A DNA stretch of 64,000 bases from Basidiobolus meristosporus CBS 931.73 (GCA_002104905.1 MCFE01000360.1:23341-87340); one strand, 5' to 3'; shown: positions 11,783 to 25,950, numbered from the stretch's first letter. A program made the numbers and translations. Notes: a model not told the origin generated them from the sequence alone.

Positions 11783-13430
11783 TTAGCTGCGCTTAGACCT
11801 TAGAGCAATCACTGTATTTTGAGGGTTCTCAATTCTTGGACCGTAGTAGCCGGTTGAATACCAGTGATGTTGGTCTTTTACAATTATTGCGTGACTACAT
11901 ATAGGAGGACGCTCAATTATGTGCAACATATGGACCGTTCCCATCAACTGTTTGATTATTCCCATTCACATAAACCCACCGTCTGTCACTAAATAAAACA
12001 GGTGTTGAGTAGGATTTGATCTTCTCATTCACTGTCGGAAGATCCACAGCTACGCTCATTTTGTGGAATACACCAACCTAACCATTCTGCCCATTTAACA
12101 TTACCAGAAGGGGATCTGCTCGGCCCCTATGCCGTTAATGTGCCTGGTTTTGCTTTCCATCAGTACGCCGTCGAGCATATGAGCCGCGCTTCACAATACT
12201 TACTAAGCAAAATTGCTAGGGTAGCCGCAATGCCCATTGGAGGAGATATGATACTCAAGGTGGGAAGTATCCTGCTCACCAGAGAGTTGAGAAATCTAGT
12301 ATGGGCCGCAAATAATGACTCATTTCCTACAAACTCACGAGCATTAATTAAAATCACCCGCTGATACAAGACTTCCCCTATCATCTATCCTAAGCATGCC
12401 TCATAGCGTTAGTTCGTCTTACGTATGCGTAAGTAGCAACCGGCTAGGACGAATGTTGAAGCCCGAATCTGGAACCAAGCAATACGCTTTTACTGATTGT
12501 GAGATTTGTGTTCACTCCGCACGCACCAAAAAAGATGCCGAAAAGTGGATATCCTCAACCGCTGTTAGCATAAGAACTGTCTCAACCACATGCTAAAAAG
12601 ATATTGAGGGAATCCCGAATAATCCGGTGGTTGATGCATGAACTATGAATAAGCACTTCGTAGGATATATGTGGAGGATAGGTGGCTTGTCTGATGGTTG
12701 AATTCATATATTACCTAATGCTTCGCATGATTTATCTGCCCTCAAGTACTTTGTTGCCCACAACAGGGTAGACCCCAATCATGGGGCTGTTTATAAAAAT
12801 CCGCCCTACATGTAGGAATTATTTTTAATGATTAGGTTTACGTTCTGTGTATTCCAGACACCGAAAAAATCCGACCTGATTGACAAAAGACCTTAAAATA
12901 GATGAAGCTAAACCTCGAATGGCAGGAATGGCACATCGGTTGCGCCTAAGTGTTAATCAATGTTTTGAATGATGGAAGGATGCATGGTTATTAGCCGGCT
13001 GATACTGGAAGGCCTTGTTATCATAAAAGCCCCATGCTCACACTACAAAATCATGGATAACGCGCAAGTCAGCAATGTATCGAATCCCCGGAGAAACTTG
13101 GCCAGTAATCAGGAAATCCTAGGGCAACTCAGTATGTTTCAAACCATTGAAGCGACCAGGGCATACCCATTGAATAATGGGCAAACACCATTTCTCCGAA
13201 TCAACCACCCATCAACAATATGGGAATCTTTCAGCTGTGGTCATGCTAACTAGCCAATTTACCTTACCCACTCTGGGAAATCTACGAAATTGCGGCAAAC
13301 TGCAAGTGGGTCATATCCATATTCTAATGGTAGAATGGAGGATCAAGATCTCGCAGTCAGAATCTCGATACAGGTTGGAAATGGCTGGGGGTATCATGTA
13401 CAGAATGTTCCAGGACTCTAGACCCGCGTG
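11783..13430 (-). CDS. Unresolved multi-exon hypothetical gene
   Basis: Canonical minus-strand introns (e.g. 12296-12338 gtgagt...actag; donor gtaaga at 12422 with actaac) separate open, protein-like segments. Product not recognised; boundaries approximate. Confidence 0.35.
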
Positions 13431-14051
13431 ATGCTGAACAAAGACCTCCTTTTCAGCTGGACAAACTCACTTAATGTAAACAACGAGAACCCAGTGCTGA
13501 ATGGCCTAGACCGTAGTGTTGGAAGAAGCAAACCGATGCTTGTAAACCAATAGTGGGCCGAGTACACATGGCATCAGCCAGTGAGTAACGTTAGGAAGAT
13601 GAGTCACCTTACCTATGGCATTAGTAATCTCCGAGCTGAATTACCGGAATTGTGTGGATTGCATAAGCCGCATTCAAAAAAGGAACCGTGTCCGAGTTAG
13701 TAGGCCTCCATGACAAAGGCAAGATTGAAGTTGCATTAGGGATTGAATCGTTTCGTGAAGTTTGGAAACTCAGAAGTAGTAGTAAATCGAATGTATTAGT
13801 TTGTACTAATCTTTCGATCTAATCATAAACCACCCCTTGAAGGATGATTTTTATTTTCCCACCATATGTCTTGAATCTCACAACTGTCTTTTCTGTAGAA
13901 TGATGTTCCGAAATTGGTCAAGCCCTAGCATCCTATATAAAAACCGTTCCAGCATTTGTTCGTAGCAGGCGGATTTGTTCAGATCCATCAATTCCCCTTT
14001 TAACCTTAACCCAGCCAGTTGTCACAAAGCCAGCACCAGTTGACATATAAC

Positions 14052-14627
14052 ATGCGGCTCGGAGTGTTTTTCGTTGCCACGACCGGCCTGTACCGCCTAG
14101 CCTCCACACTACCGACATCAAACAGCACTGACCTAGTCGGTACAACGGCGCTTCTTAAAGATGATGAGCCAGGGAAAATAGGCACCTCAGTCCCCTATCT
14201 TCAACTCTCATTGAGTATAATCACCCCAATAATCGCCTTATTGGCCTGTGTATATTTCACATGGAAGAAATGGAGGCAAATCAATGAGACGAAGAGAAGA
14301 GTTAAGCTTGCAATTCGTAACTACTTGGCTAACGACAGAGAGCAGTCAACCAACAATAATGGAAATTCAGATGGCCCACCAGAGTATGTGCGTCGAAGTT
14401 CGCAGCCGAGCCTGCCACCACAGATGGTAAAACAGATTGATGAGGTGGTGTATGGCCGAATTTCATCAACCATTGAACGTCCACCCGTCAATCTCGCCCA
14501 ACAAGAGGAACTTCCAGAGTACTCGGATGGAACTGTTACCGCCACATCATCGGATACAGTAATACCGCAGGTAATCGACCAACCCGTATATCCTAATGGC
14601 GAAACAGCATCATTGCGGACAGCATGA
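14052..14627 (+). CDS. Single-pass membrane protein with signal peptide and cytosolic PPxY/LPxY motifs
   Basis: MRLGVFFVATTGL signal-like start, TM LSLSIITPIIALLACVYFTW followed by a basic stop-transfer KKWR, then PPEY and LPEY. Confidence 0.75.
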   Translation: MRLGVFFVATTGLYRLASTLPTSNSTDLVGTTALLKDDEPGKIGTSVPYLQLSLSIITPIIALLACVYFTWKKWRQINETKRRVKLAIRNYLANDREQSTNNNGNSDGPPEYVRRSSQPSLPPQMVKQIDEVVYGRISSTIERPPVNLAQQEELPEYSDGTVTATSSDTVIPQVIDQPVYPNGETASLRTA

Positions 14628-14890
14628 CCCTTATACACGCTCAACATGCTACGCATCTGTAGTTTATGCACCCGAAACTCACTCTTGATCAAGTTATGCT
14701 CCTGTAGATACGCCGTGTATTTTTATATAAATAAATGCCACACTAGTTAGATGTTTCCATTGCGTAGCGGGCCACTAGAGATTTTGAGGAACTGGAAGTA
14801 ATGAAGCAGTGGCTGGATAATTTCAATAATTTTATTTCGTGATCAAAATGAATCAAGATATTGAGACGATGCGAGAACCTTCAAGTAGAC

Positions 14891-15779
14891 CTATTTCCCG
14901 CCCAAAATCCCGTCGATTGCAGTTTTGATATTGGGAAGTGTACTTGGATCAATGGGGCAATCGAGGCTAACGGTGTTGCTGATGGTTGGCTTGATACCCA
15001 GCCAACTGATGAGCGAGATGTCCAGAGTTGCCTCGTACTTGATATTGATCTTTTCCTTTGCAACGTTGCTTAGGAAGCCACATTTTCCAAACAAATCTAA
15101 CAGCGCTTGAGAGGAGCCCTGCTCTGTAGCATTGTAGACCAAAGTGAAGGGCAGTGTGAAGTTGGTTGTCCCCTTTGCTTTGAAGGAGACCGGTTGCAAT
15201 AACGCACCATTACCGACATTAACATCTTGGTTGCCAACATGGTATTTACCCTAGAGTGTGGATGCTGAATTAGTACAAGACGCGGCATGAAGATTGCAAA
15301 ATACTGGGACTAACCACAACGGTAATATTCTTCATCTTGATACCGATTAAATTGGGATTCTCAACATAAAGATTCAGGTTGACGGGTATCTTAACATTGA
15401 TATCTTGTAAACGAGTGAATGAACTCAGTTGGTTTTGGACCCCATTGATGTCAGTAAACTTGGCATCTTGGAACTCGACCTTGGGAACCCCCCGGGGCCA
15501 GCAGAAATAGGCGGCAACACCTATTCCTGCCAAAATAAGCAGCAGGATTATACAGCAGCTAATTTTGGATGCCCGGCTCTGGCAACAGCAACAGCAGCAA
15601 CGTCGCTTCTTGGCTTTCTCCGAGGGAGGGCTCACCTCATACTGCTGTTGGTTGTATGCGTAGTCGCTGTAGCCTCGGGTTTGCTGAGTGTGATAGTTTT
15701 GGTATTGGTTTTCATATTGGCCCTCTTCGTCCCGTAAAGTTTGAAAGCCCTTCTTGGCAGGATTGTTAATGTGGCTCAT
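14891..15779 (-). CDS. LEA_2 / NDR1-HIN1-like type II membrane protein, 2 exons
   Basis: CCCCCC then TM ending FCWPR; LYVENPN motif; intron about 15253-15311; exon 2 GNG...FTLPFTLVY...DLFGKCG...SLDCP. Confidence 0.82.
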
Positions 15780-16099
15780 CTCGGAAGATGGTATTGTGGT
15801 TAAAATGAATTACAGTAATGTACAGGTAGAAGATGTGGGGTGAGTTACAATGAAGCGTGGGCTCAAATAGTGACTCTGCGTGACCGAAAACAAAATTCCA
15901 ATGAAGCAAAGTCCAGAGAAGACACTCGAGAAGTGGGATGATTTGGAGGTGTTTGGAGGCATCTGTAGAGGTTTATGTATTGCAGCAAGGATGGGGTCTG
16001 TAAGCGATTGGCTAATCGGACTTGGCTCTGGTATTACTAAGAATATTAATCAATATATGTAAGATGTTTTCAGTGACTGAATGGAATGAGCGAATCCTA

Positions 16100-19000
16100 T
16101 ATTCAATTTGCCCGTGTCTCGTTATGGGAGATTTTTTTTACGGGTATACTCCGTCATGCAGGATATGTTTAACATAGATAGTTATTTTTGCCAAACGAAT
16201 TGCATCGAAATTGGATGTTGATGTGACACAGAGGGAAGAATGCCAGCCGTCTATTCATCAAGCCAGAAGTTACCAGCTAGTGATTTAACATTGAGACCTA
16301 CCAAAACAAGCGATTCCTTAATCTATTTTTAAAATGAATGCTCTTCCAGTCGTGTGCCGCCAATCAAACGCCATCTCTGTATTTTGCCACAGATCCAGGT
16401 CTCATCCTGATGGACTTGGGCTGCAACTCCTCATTCGACAACTCTATTTATCACCATTTTATACTAAGACCGTGATGGTAATGCCATATAAGCTTGACCT
16501 TGGCATCCGATTATTCATTAATTTGGAAGATCCATATCGTCACTGATGAAAATGGCCACTCACAATATCGATTGGCTCTGTTCCTTGATATGGCAGCTCT
16601 ATGTTATCATGTCTCTGATCAACTTTGCTTCATATTGTGTGTTGGCGTTAATGTCATAGAAAAACCGGATTTCTTCGCCAAGACCATGTCACTGGTACAG
16701 CATTGGATTCTGCTGAAGCTGATCACAAGCGATGTATAACAATCCATCTCGTGCTTTCGTGACAACAATGAAGGCTATTTATCGGCACTCTTTGCATATT
16801 TGGTTAACCCATAGGAATACTCCCTGCAAACTAGGGCTAGAATTGACTGGCTCTGAAGCTACGAATATCCTCGATTTCCTGATATATATTTGCGCCCGGT
16901 ACAAATGGGGGTTTATCGGCGGAACCATGTGTTGGTGTATTTTGATGGTGCTTCCAAGATCTTTCCACAGCAACCAAGTGAATGAGGGGGCTTGATGTGA
17001 GCCTTATATACCCACACCCGACACGAAACACATAGGGAGTGATACCCATATTGAGGGAAGGCTTCCTTGCAGCCACGATTGTTGCCGTATCAATTATTGG
17101 TGCGGCACTTTAACTGTTACAACCAAAAACATACGATTGGATATGGCGTTCGCATGAAGTGCAGCACTTCATTGCCCTGTGATATTTTGTGCTGGCTAGG
17201 AGCACTTTGTTTGTAAGGGCGTTTAGCCTGAATAACCACGCACTGTACTTGGTGAATGCGCCAATTCATTCTGGTGGATACACACAAGTGTATGAACAGG
17301 GCTAATATTTCTCGTTCCCACAGTGGCCCAAGTTGCGACATGTCAAGCCCATTCTCATTTAAGCTTGTCACAAATGTCACCGAAAGTGGTAAATGGCGCT
17401 AACATTTCAACCAATTTGTAGATTACCACTTCCGCGGTAGTAGGGTAATGCAAATGAATCCATTCCTTAGCTGTGCCCCTTATGAGTACTCATTAATTCC
17501 TTCAGTGGGCAATCATACGTCGAGAAGCTTTATACGGAATACGCTGGTAATCAGGGCGAAAATTCAAATTTACCGTATCCGTCAGCATAGTTATTGAAAC
17601 GCTAGAAGGTGATTTGTAAATGGGCTTCCTAATGCTCCGCTTGAGAATGTGGCGCGGATATTTTATTTCAAGGTGGAAATACGGCACAAATGTTGTCGTA
17701 TTTTGCTACCATATGAAGGGGTGGATCGTTTTGGATGACATTAAATCAATTTAAGAGTGCCTATCCCATCACTTAATGAACAGATTAAGGAGTGGCTTGA
17801 GCTGTTGAACTATTTTGGTGGGTATATATCAATTCGGTCCTCAACATGAATATCCAAATGGAATCTACGGCCTGGAGCTACACTGAGTGTTCATGATAAT
17901 GCCTGACATATGTGAGTTGGGTAGTAGTATCTTGCAGAGAGATAAGGTAGCTTCAGCTTGACAGGTTTTATGGGTGTGAAATGGGAAGTGGTTTGGCCCC
18001 TTTGTACGGAGGATTCAAGAGAGCGACTACCTTGGTCATCTTTTACGAATTGCCGAGCTCGCCGAAAGGGCCAGTAACTAGTACTGATGCTGCAATGCTT
18101 CCACCGACTATAATCCTGAGCTTCTACAAAGAAGTACCTCATGCTTCTGAATGAAGAAACTTGTTTGTGTAAAGCGGGTGCAAATCAGAAAGTCGAGCTT
18201 TCAAAAACCATTTGAAGGGGCTGAGTCTTGGAATATTCAGAAGAGAGCGTTGGGGCATTTGGAAAGCAACCTTAGATATATGGTGCGTGGAAGATGCAAA
18301 TCTAGTGAAGATGATCCAATTGTAGATAGAAAGCGTTCATTGACGTCAGAGCACACCTCATAGGAATCAATACCATATCTTATAAGTCGTTTGTGTATAC
18401 AGCCCTTTAGTCGCGCTAGGTCACGTTATTTGTGTAATTGGATAGCCGGCTGAATCACGAGTTATTATGATAATACAACTAGTAATACTAGTTGGAAGTT
18501 TCAGGTCGATGAGTCTGACTCTTGGAGACATCTGCAAGAGCAAATCAAAGACTGGGGGCCCATTTTTTTTACACGAGCACTAAACAGAATTGTGAAGGTG
18601 CAAGACAAAAATCCAACTTGTATTCATTAGATTAACCCTGTAAAGGATGATAATTTACACAACGTTGGGGTCTCAGGATACCTCGCCAAACATAGTATCT
18701 TATCTTCTGATTGTCCATTTTGAAGTACGCTTGATATATAAATATATTAAATCCAATAAATGTTCTCATCACATCCAAATGCGTAATTCCTTGCCAGGAC
18801 ACAATCCCATTTAGAAAGCAAGTCGTTCTATGCCAAACATACTTAACAACGAAGGTGGATGATCGGGTTACTTCTCAAGGTGGAATACTCATGGTGACAA
18901 TGAGTAACATTTGCAATCCTAGCGAGCCGCAGGCGAATGTCTACCATTCTGGAAAGTAGGATTGGGCATTCAACACCAGACACTGCGGAATGAAGAGCTG

Positions 19001-19440
19001 AAATAGTGGTTATATCTTGTTCAATCTGAGCTTGTGTCGATCGAATTTCTTAAACAACCCTTAAGGGCAGTTTTCACTTTGTTCTAGGTACAGACAGAGA
19101 TCTTTACACTGTTCCCCTATATCTTGTGCTAGATCCGAACCAAGGCCGTGCACCCCTAGGATCAGGGATGGGAGTCTCACTACGCATGATGGGTATTGCT
19201 TCGCCTATCGTTCAGAATAATGTTAGTAATCCCCAAGGCGTCCATACGGGTGGGGTTTCATCTGTACATCCATGCTTCTGCCTTAATTTAGAGGAGAGGT
19301 TCCACAAGGGCTCAGTATCAATGGTGATTTGCTTTAAGTCTGCTCGTACAGTGATTATTTCAATGTATTGGCTCCGAACCTGTTTGATTTGCAAGTAAAT
19401 TTTAGGGTTAGGTGTACCTATATCGATCAAGCAGCGATTA
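16100..19440 (-). CDS. Unresolved multi-exon hypothetical gene(s)
   Basis: Normal CpG content, many short open segments and at least one canonical minus-strand intron 19205-19247 (gtatgg...actaac...atag); coiled-coil-like segment IRSTQAQIEQDITTISALH. No full model could be built. Confidence 0.3.
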
Positions 19441-19785
19441 GAAAGCTGCCGATTATCTCAGTAATATTCCTGGCATTTGATCATCGTAGTTCAATTGATG
19501 GGTCGATGATCGCAACCATCGCAGCCATCGCAGCCGCAATGGCTTGCCATCCTATAAAGGTGGGCATCGGCACAATCCTCACTGAACTGGATGCCATCTC
19601 AAGACATTCCCCCTCCCCCCAAAGTACTAATTAACAAATCACTATCAATACTCAAACGTTGAAAGAGATACAAATGCTGACACAGGTAATAAAGTTTGCC
19701 ATTAGACTTGACTATAGGAGTCAAGAAACGTCACAATCCGCGTTATTCCCAACGTTTATAACTAACCATCTCGAAATAGCCCACC

Positions 19786-20349
19786 ATGGCAAGTACTCAG
19801 TACGCAGACATATGTTCTGGATCAAAACCCAACGTATTGCCCACCGCCGACAGAATAATCAAAGTATCAGATACGCTTAGCCTCTCCCTCAACGAGATAA
19901 TGGGAAACCGCCAAAAGCTGGGCTCGATAATATTCAATAACAGAACTTCTACCCAATGCCTTCTTGAGGTTCATGACCAGCACAGCAGACACAGGTCATT
20001 TTGGATCCACGAGTTTCTTCTTGTGTCGGAAAGTCTACTACTATCGAACATCTTTCGCAAGTCTACATTTGCAATCCACCCTGCAACGGCGGACGAAATC
20101 ATTTGCAAAGATGTTGTCCCGGTAAAGATGGAAGATGCCGATGGCGGCGAATACGAAGTAATCCGACTGGAAATCCCATGTGTAGAGACTTTTGAGCCCC
20201 TACTACGCTGGCTCTACGATCACAATGACAGCAACTGGATCGAAACATTCACCAAGGATAATTTTGATCGTGTACTGGCCAATGTGGCATTTATGCGCTT
20301 GAATCTTCAAGCATACGATGTGTGTGCTCAATTCTATGAGGCCTTGTAA
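19786..20349 (+). CDS. BTB/POZ-like domain protein, 187 aa
   Basis: FWIHEFLLVSESLLLSNIF...IRLEIPCVETFEPLLRWLY matches the BTB pattern f.vH..lL...S..f...i.L....p.tF..ll.wlY. Confidence 0.65.
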   Translation: MASTQYADICSGSKPNVLPTADRIIKVSDTLSLSLNEIMGNRQKLGSIIFNNRTSTQCLLEVHDQHSRHRSFWIHEFLLVSESLLLSNIFRKSTFAIHPATADEIICKDVVPVKMEDADGGEYEVIRLEIPCVETFEPLLRWLYDHNDSNWIETFTKDNFDRVLANVAFMRLNLQAYDVCAQFYEAL

Positions 20350-23015
20350 CTGCTAGTTCGGTACACTGCACATGAGTACATTTCGGCTAGAGGTAGAATT
20401 CACCGGAGAATCCCACCTTATTTCGCACATTCTTTATATTATCACCTGCCCGCAAACGCCACACAGTATCGACTTTGCTTGGTGGGCTATTCAGAGTGGG
20501 AAATAGGGAGCCTACCCCTCTTGCCTGCATTCATGGAATTTATTATTACATGGAGTATACTTCACCAATTGCCATTATTTGTAATAATTCCCTATCAATT
20601 TTGTATATGTATATATATAAATTTAATTCATAGTATTCACCAGTAATCAGCGGACTTGAGGGGTACCTGACGTCACCCTTTTGCCGTGTGTGACCTAACT
20701 TATAAGATTTGGAGGGACAACCACCCTCCATGCTACTTTGGGATTTGGATTCCCAAGTCCCTAGCTCGAGCAAATGCCCTGCCCCAAGTGTATCATTTTA
20801 GTCGAATGTAACAGGAGAGCAGGGGATCATAGTTGTTCCGAACGATGAGTGTCGGGATAACGTACATTTAAGATTTGGCCCAGCCAGTTCTCATGCAAAT
20901 AATAGGTAGGGCTGGGAGGTACCAAGCGTCAATGTTTTGGATCTGGCAACCCAACACTCTCTACACGAATGTGTGTTTTAATAGACTAATCCGAGCGAAA
21001 GGGATATATCTGGGGGCAGGTTGGACGTCCATCTGGTTACAGCCGGAGGGTTTTAGGGGATTGCCACATGTTGATCCAGTTGAAGTAGCCAATCTGACAG
21101 AAATCATAATCCTTGCAATGGTGTGATCCTAAACACAACATGCTGGACAGTATATTTGTGGTGTCTAAATGTTGAATGGAATCAATATCGCCAGCTGATA
21201 TGCCGAGGCTGCCCAGAGCTGGCGATGGACTGTCTGATGGTTGAACGCTGATTGTATATCGGAAGGCCGCTATCTCCCATTCATATCGACACTGTCTGAG
21301 TTGCTTGGAGTAATATTTCCTAATTAGAACAGTGCAGGTATCAATGTCATATGGAGATGGAGGTGTTGGCAAGTAATCAGAACCCCACATACGCCAAACA
21401 GCGGTCGTAATCAATATCAGTGAAAAGTGCGAACAGCTCGTGTGAAGAATTTCGGGGAAAGCTAAACTAAACTGAAATCTATGTGATGCGTATTTATCAC
21501 CAAATCGCTACAACTAATACTCCGTCGGATACTAGATTGAATCTATCCCTCTAGCCTCATCTGGGGGATATAAGATGGTTAAAGTATGACCAAAGCTGCG
21601 CGTATTTCAGGTTAGATTTAGTTATTGTTTATATTGAACAGGGATATGGCGCGGTCTACTCTTCGATTAATGTACAAAGTATCAGCCATCATTTCATCCC
21701 AACACAATTCCAGTTTGTAATATTACAGTAGTACAGTATGTCATGTGCTGGTGTTGGATACATGAACAAATCTTGCCGTGAACTACACAACTCCTTAGGA
21801 AAGCAGCGCATTGTCTATATCGGACTTTCAGCTGATCGATAATACCAACCACTCTGTAACTATGCGTATGTAATTATAACAAGATCATGCAACTGGGATA
21901 GTTGAATGATTGCGCCAATATAACGCTTGCCAGCTATACACATAGCCGAGGAGTATCCTTGAGCACCAGATAACGTATACTACAAGACAGACTATTCATC
22001 TCAGTTCTGTTACATCCGAATCCCTTTCACCACTACTCGCAATAACCCTGACAGAGCGGATCACGCTATCATCCATCAATAGGGATCAAGTGAGCAGCCG
22101 TTTAGATATCGAATGTCTTATGATTCCCAGGAAAGCTCTGTAGTAAAGAATTGCCCTGATATATTATAATGGCGATAATGGGAAGAGGCCAGAGTATATA
22201 CCAAACCCAGGGATCTCAGTTAAGGTTAATATTAATGAAGAGCTTGTTCAGTGACTGCTGAAAATCCAATTTGGTCATATTAATGTTCAGTTGTAGGTGA
22301 TCAAGTCGGGGTATCAGAATTAAGGTCACAACATGATAGAGTATTACATTCGTCACAACCCAATAATACGAGCGATAAGCTCATGTGAGCTGTCATTTTT
22401 TGGGTTTCGTGTAAGTCCCACTGATTACTTGAGGTTCAAAGGCGTTTCTACTGAACCCAGGTGGCCCCTTGATTTTTTGGTGATGGATTGGAGGTGAAAT
22501 ATGATGCTGGCGAACAATGCGCAGTTTTGAATCAGTCAGTCTGTTGCAACCCGCGAGCAGTGTGGAATGTTCCTATTGTTTTTGGTGCAAGAAATAGGTC
22601 AAAGTGAGTCTCTCTGTCTGAAGCGAGGGACAATATACTTGTTCGACGTCTCCTAACCGAGCGTAGCAGCTTTTTTAACCGAGAAGCCGGTCTGAGTATC
22701 AAATTCCTGGTCACGAGGCAATCCAATATTCCTTAATTTATGGCAATGTAATATTAGTACTAAATGTAACGTATCAGATGTCATTCAAATCACCAATTAG
22801 TTCATATTCTAATCTATAGAACAATCATGCCCTCTGATTTGATATTCGTTTCGGAATACCCCACTTTGCATGGGGTGTCGGGTAAAATCCGCGGTTCTGG
22901 TGTAACCATTGGTCCAAATACAGTCCTGAACAATTTCGGGATATATAAGTGTCAGTCGGCCCTGGATTTTCGTAAAACACAGTCCAATATTCTATTCTTT
23001 GATTGCATGTGCTTA

Positions 23016-24631
23016 ATGATTCGATTGCCCATCGAAGTACTAGAGAGCATATTCACTTTTTTAACCAGCACTCCCCATGACAACTTCGCTTTGTATCAAT
23101 GCGCTCTTGTATGCAAAAGTTGGCATGACCTTGCCAATACTATGCTCTGGAGAAAACCCATGCTCACTTCCAAGAAATCCAAAGATCTGTGTCTAGAGGT
23201 GATCAAGAGCAACCCCTTACGTATGTATGAAACGCGCTTTGATACCCAAGTATTTAATGCTCATTCGTTGATTTTTTTCTAGTTGCTTCATACGTTCAAG
23301 ACTGGCCTTACGAGAGTAAATTGCTTAGCGCTGATCTACTATCATATCTACCAAACCTCAGGAATGTTGGTTACATGTTGGCAAGCTCATTCAGACCTGA
23401 AAAGCTCAACAAGGCCTGGCACCTTCAGCGAATTGACCATCTGGATTACTGTGCGACTGATGGGCCTGAGGTGTTTCAAAGCCTAACCATGCTCTGCCCA
23501 AGATTGGAGAAGCTGACCATCCGCATTAATTCACTCAACCAGGTGTCGGATTTCACGAAATGGATGAATCTTGAGAAGGTCGCTTCCCTCAAACATCTGA
23601 AGATCATCAATTCGGACTATGGAGTCGAAAATAGCCAGACATATTTTCTCCGGGGCTTCGTATCAATATTCCCCAACATGGAAAGTTTAGATATAGAGAG
23701 CTACGCGTTCAGTGGACATGAGGTAGACGGCCTTTCTTCACACTGCGCCAAGTTATGCGGTCTTAGCATTGTAACAACAACCCTAAGCCAGTACCAGATA
23801 AACGGCTTAGCCAGGGAGTTGAAAAGAGGTTTGGGAAAGCGACTAAACAAACTCCAGTTATGTGTATCGCGTACCTCCAGAAGTCCATTGAGCTTAGTCA
23901 ATGTATTTACATCGTTGGGATCCTTGGTGGAGCTATCCTTATACCGCTTTGAGTTAGACGACAATACGTTGAATTCTCTCGCAATTTGCACCCGGGGAAC
24001 TTTGACCAAGCTTCAACTAGGATTCATAAGCCCTCCCACAAGTGGGTATTTCTTTTACCAACGGAGTGCACAACTGTGGGAAGAGTTTTTCGCTGGCGTA
24101 GGGGATTCTCTTGTAGACATCACGTTCAACGAAAGTTTTGGCAATTTTAGGGACATGATTTCGTTTGCCGTCTCAAAATACTGTTCTCGTCTACAGAAGT
24201 TAACAGTGAAATACCACGAGGACAACTTTGTTTGTCCAATCATACGCGGATGTGGTAGAAGTTTGCGCCATCTGGAGTACTCCGAATGCTTCGTGACTGA
24301 AGGAGCCTTATCTACCGTGTTTGATTATGCTTTTAACCTGCAGAGCCTGATCATCATGGAACATAAGCATAACGCGCACCGGCCGAAAGCCGATTCTCTG
24401 AAGTTCAAGGACTTCATTCACCGATCAAGGTGCGCATTACGTACCTTGACGATGACCGGAGTTGATATCGAGGGAGACGTATTAGCGCAGATAGGAGAAT
24501 ATGGCCACAAGCTGGTCCATTTGAATTTGGATAGAATCCATGCAGCTCAGGAGGAGAGGACTATTATTGATGACTTACGCCGAGCAAATCCAAATCTACG
24601 TAACATACAAATAGAATTGGCCAAACCTTAG
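23016..24631 (+). CDS. F-box / leucine-rich-repeat (RNI-like) protein, 2 exons
   Basis: F-box LPIEVLESIFTFL...LYQCALVCKSWHDLANTMLWRKP; intron 23221-23282 joins in frame to a 436-aa LRR region (LEKLTI, LKHLKI, LVELSL, LRHLEY). Confidence 0.9.
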
Positions 24632-25548
24632 GGACCGGAGAGATGCATGAGGTTCATTTCAGGTGTTCCATGTAAGGGTGCCTAATGCTTATCCGCAGAC
24701 ACATGTTTATGGCACCAGTGATAATTGTAATATGTAATTTAGCTATACCATCATTATGGAGCTCTTGTTTTGCTCAGCCCAAAACCTAATTAGCCATATC
24801 CAGTTCCAATGTATAATTCATTAATAAAGCATCATATTCGAGAATTCCATAACATGGAGAAATGTACTGGATTACTTGTCAGTAACTTGGTCACGTCCAA
24901 CCGGGTTTGGCCCAAAATAAATGGTGCCAAGTTTCAGTACTCCAGCTCTGGTGACTTGCATCTTGATTGGAACCATTACGTAAACTGTGTCATAGATACT
25001 CATCCTTATCATGATTGTAAATGCTCACGTAACTCAGCTGCATCGGGATGCCTGTTTGGTCGGACGATCAGTTGGCGATGGATGGAGGTTGTTAAGTCTG
25101 TATGAAGTCCGTAAGGTAATGCCCACCTTTGTTAAGATCTTGTCAAGTAGCCAAACTCCCATCCAAGCGCTATACGAGAAGAATCATGGTGTTTCAATCC
25201 ATGATTGGAAAATGATGGTGATGCCTGTGAAGCTCATACATATTCAGGTGCTAATACATATGAGCGTAATAGACCGTTTTTCAATCCATTTATTTCGGAG
25301 ATGTTCCATGTTAACTGATTTCAAATATCCATGATATATTTCCAATATGGGCTCCTTTACTATTCGAACATACACCTTGCAGAAGTACTATTTAGGGGTT
25401 TGACCAGGGTGGCTGGCCTTGGGTGACTTTGATTTACTTCTTGTGGTACTGGGAGCCACGTAAATATAGCTCAACAAGTGCCTTGCAAATGAAGCGAATC
25501 AAGGAAGTGCTAACATGATATTGAAGATTTAGAACGAAGGACGGGGGA

Positions 25549-25950
25549 TTATTGCCACAACCCATATGCAAATGCAGCAACGAGTGCAAGTCCTGAAGCA
25601 CTCATGGAGTTCCTGTTCGAATTACTGGCGGGGGTGGAGGTGGCGGGTGCAATAGTTCTCGAGGGGTTGGAGCCAGCAGAGCCTTGCTGCGATGGGGATG
25701 CCCCACCAGTTGGTGCTAGCATGGCTGATGAGGCAGAAGCAATCTCGGAGGAAAATTTGGCGGTAACTGATGCGAAATTGGTTCCTAAAAGCGATGATGC
25801 CTGAGATACTAGAGAGTTGATGTCCGCTGTAGAGCCACCACCGTTGTGCACCGCACTTTGGATCGCGCTCATTACATCGGCTGGAATCGAAGCAGATTGT
25901 TGCCCAGCAACCACGGTAGCCATTGCCAAAGTAATGATTGAGAACTTCAT
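25549..25950 (-). CDS. Small secreted Ser/Ala-rich, probably GPI-anchored protein, 133 aa
   Basis: Signal peptide MKFSIITLAMATVVAG; S/T/P-rich stalk; C-terminal SNSN...GLALVAAFAYGLWQ GPI-type signal. Confidence 0.85.
   Translation of the reverse strand: MKFSIITLAMATVVAGQQSASIPADVMSAIQSAVHNGGGSTADINSLVSQASSLLGTNFASVTAKFSSEIASASSAMLAPTGGASPSQQGSAGSNPSRTIAPATSTPASNSNRNSMSASGLALVAAFAYGLWQ

Noticed and set aside
19509-19535. 9-bp repeat readable as a CGCDGCDGCD metallothionein-like peptide on the minus strand
   Set aside because: Only 19 codons, no supporting context, and equally readable in other frames.
20400-22800. Scattered 60-125 aa ORFs
   Set aside because: No recognisable domain or splice model; may hide a gene but cannot be supported.
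14052-24631. PY-motif, BTB and F-box genes as a ubiquitin-adaptor cluster
   Set aside because: These are large common families and are interspersed with unrelated genes.
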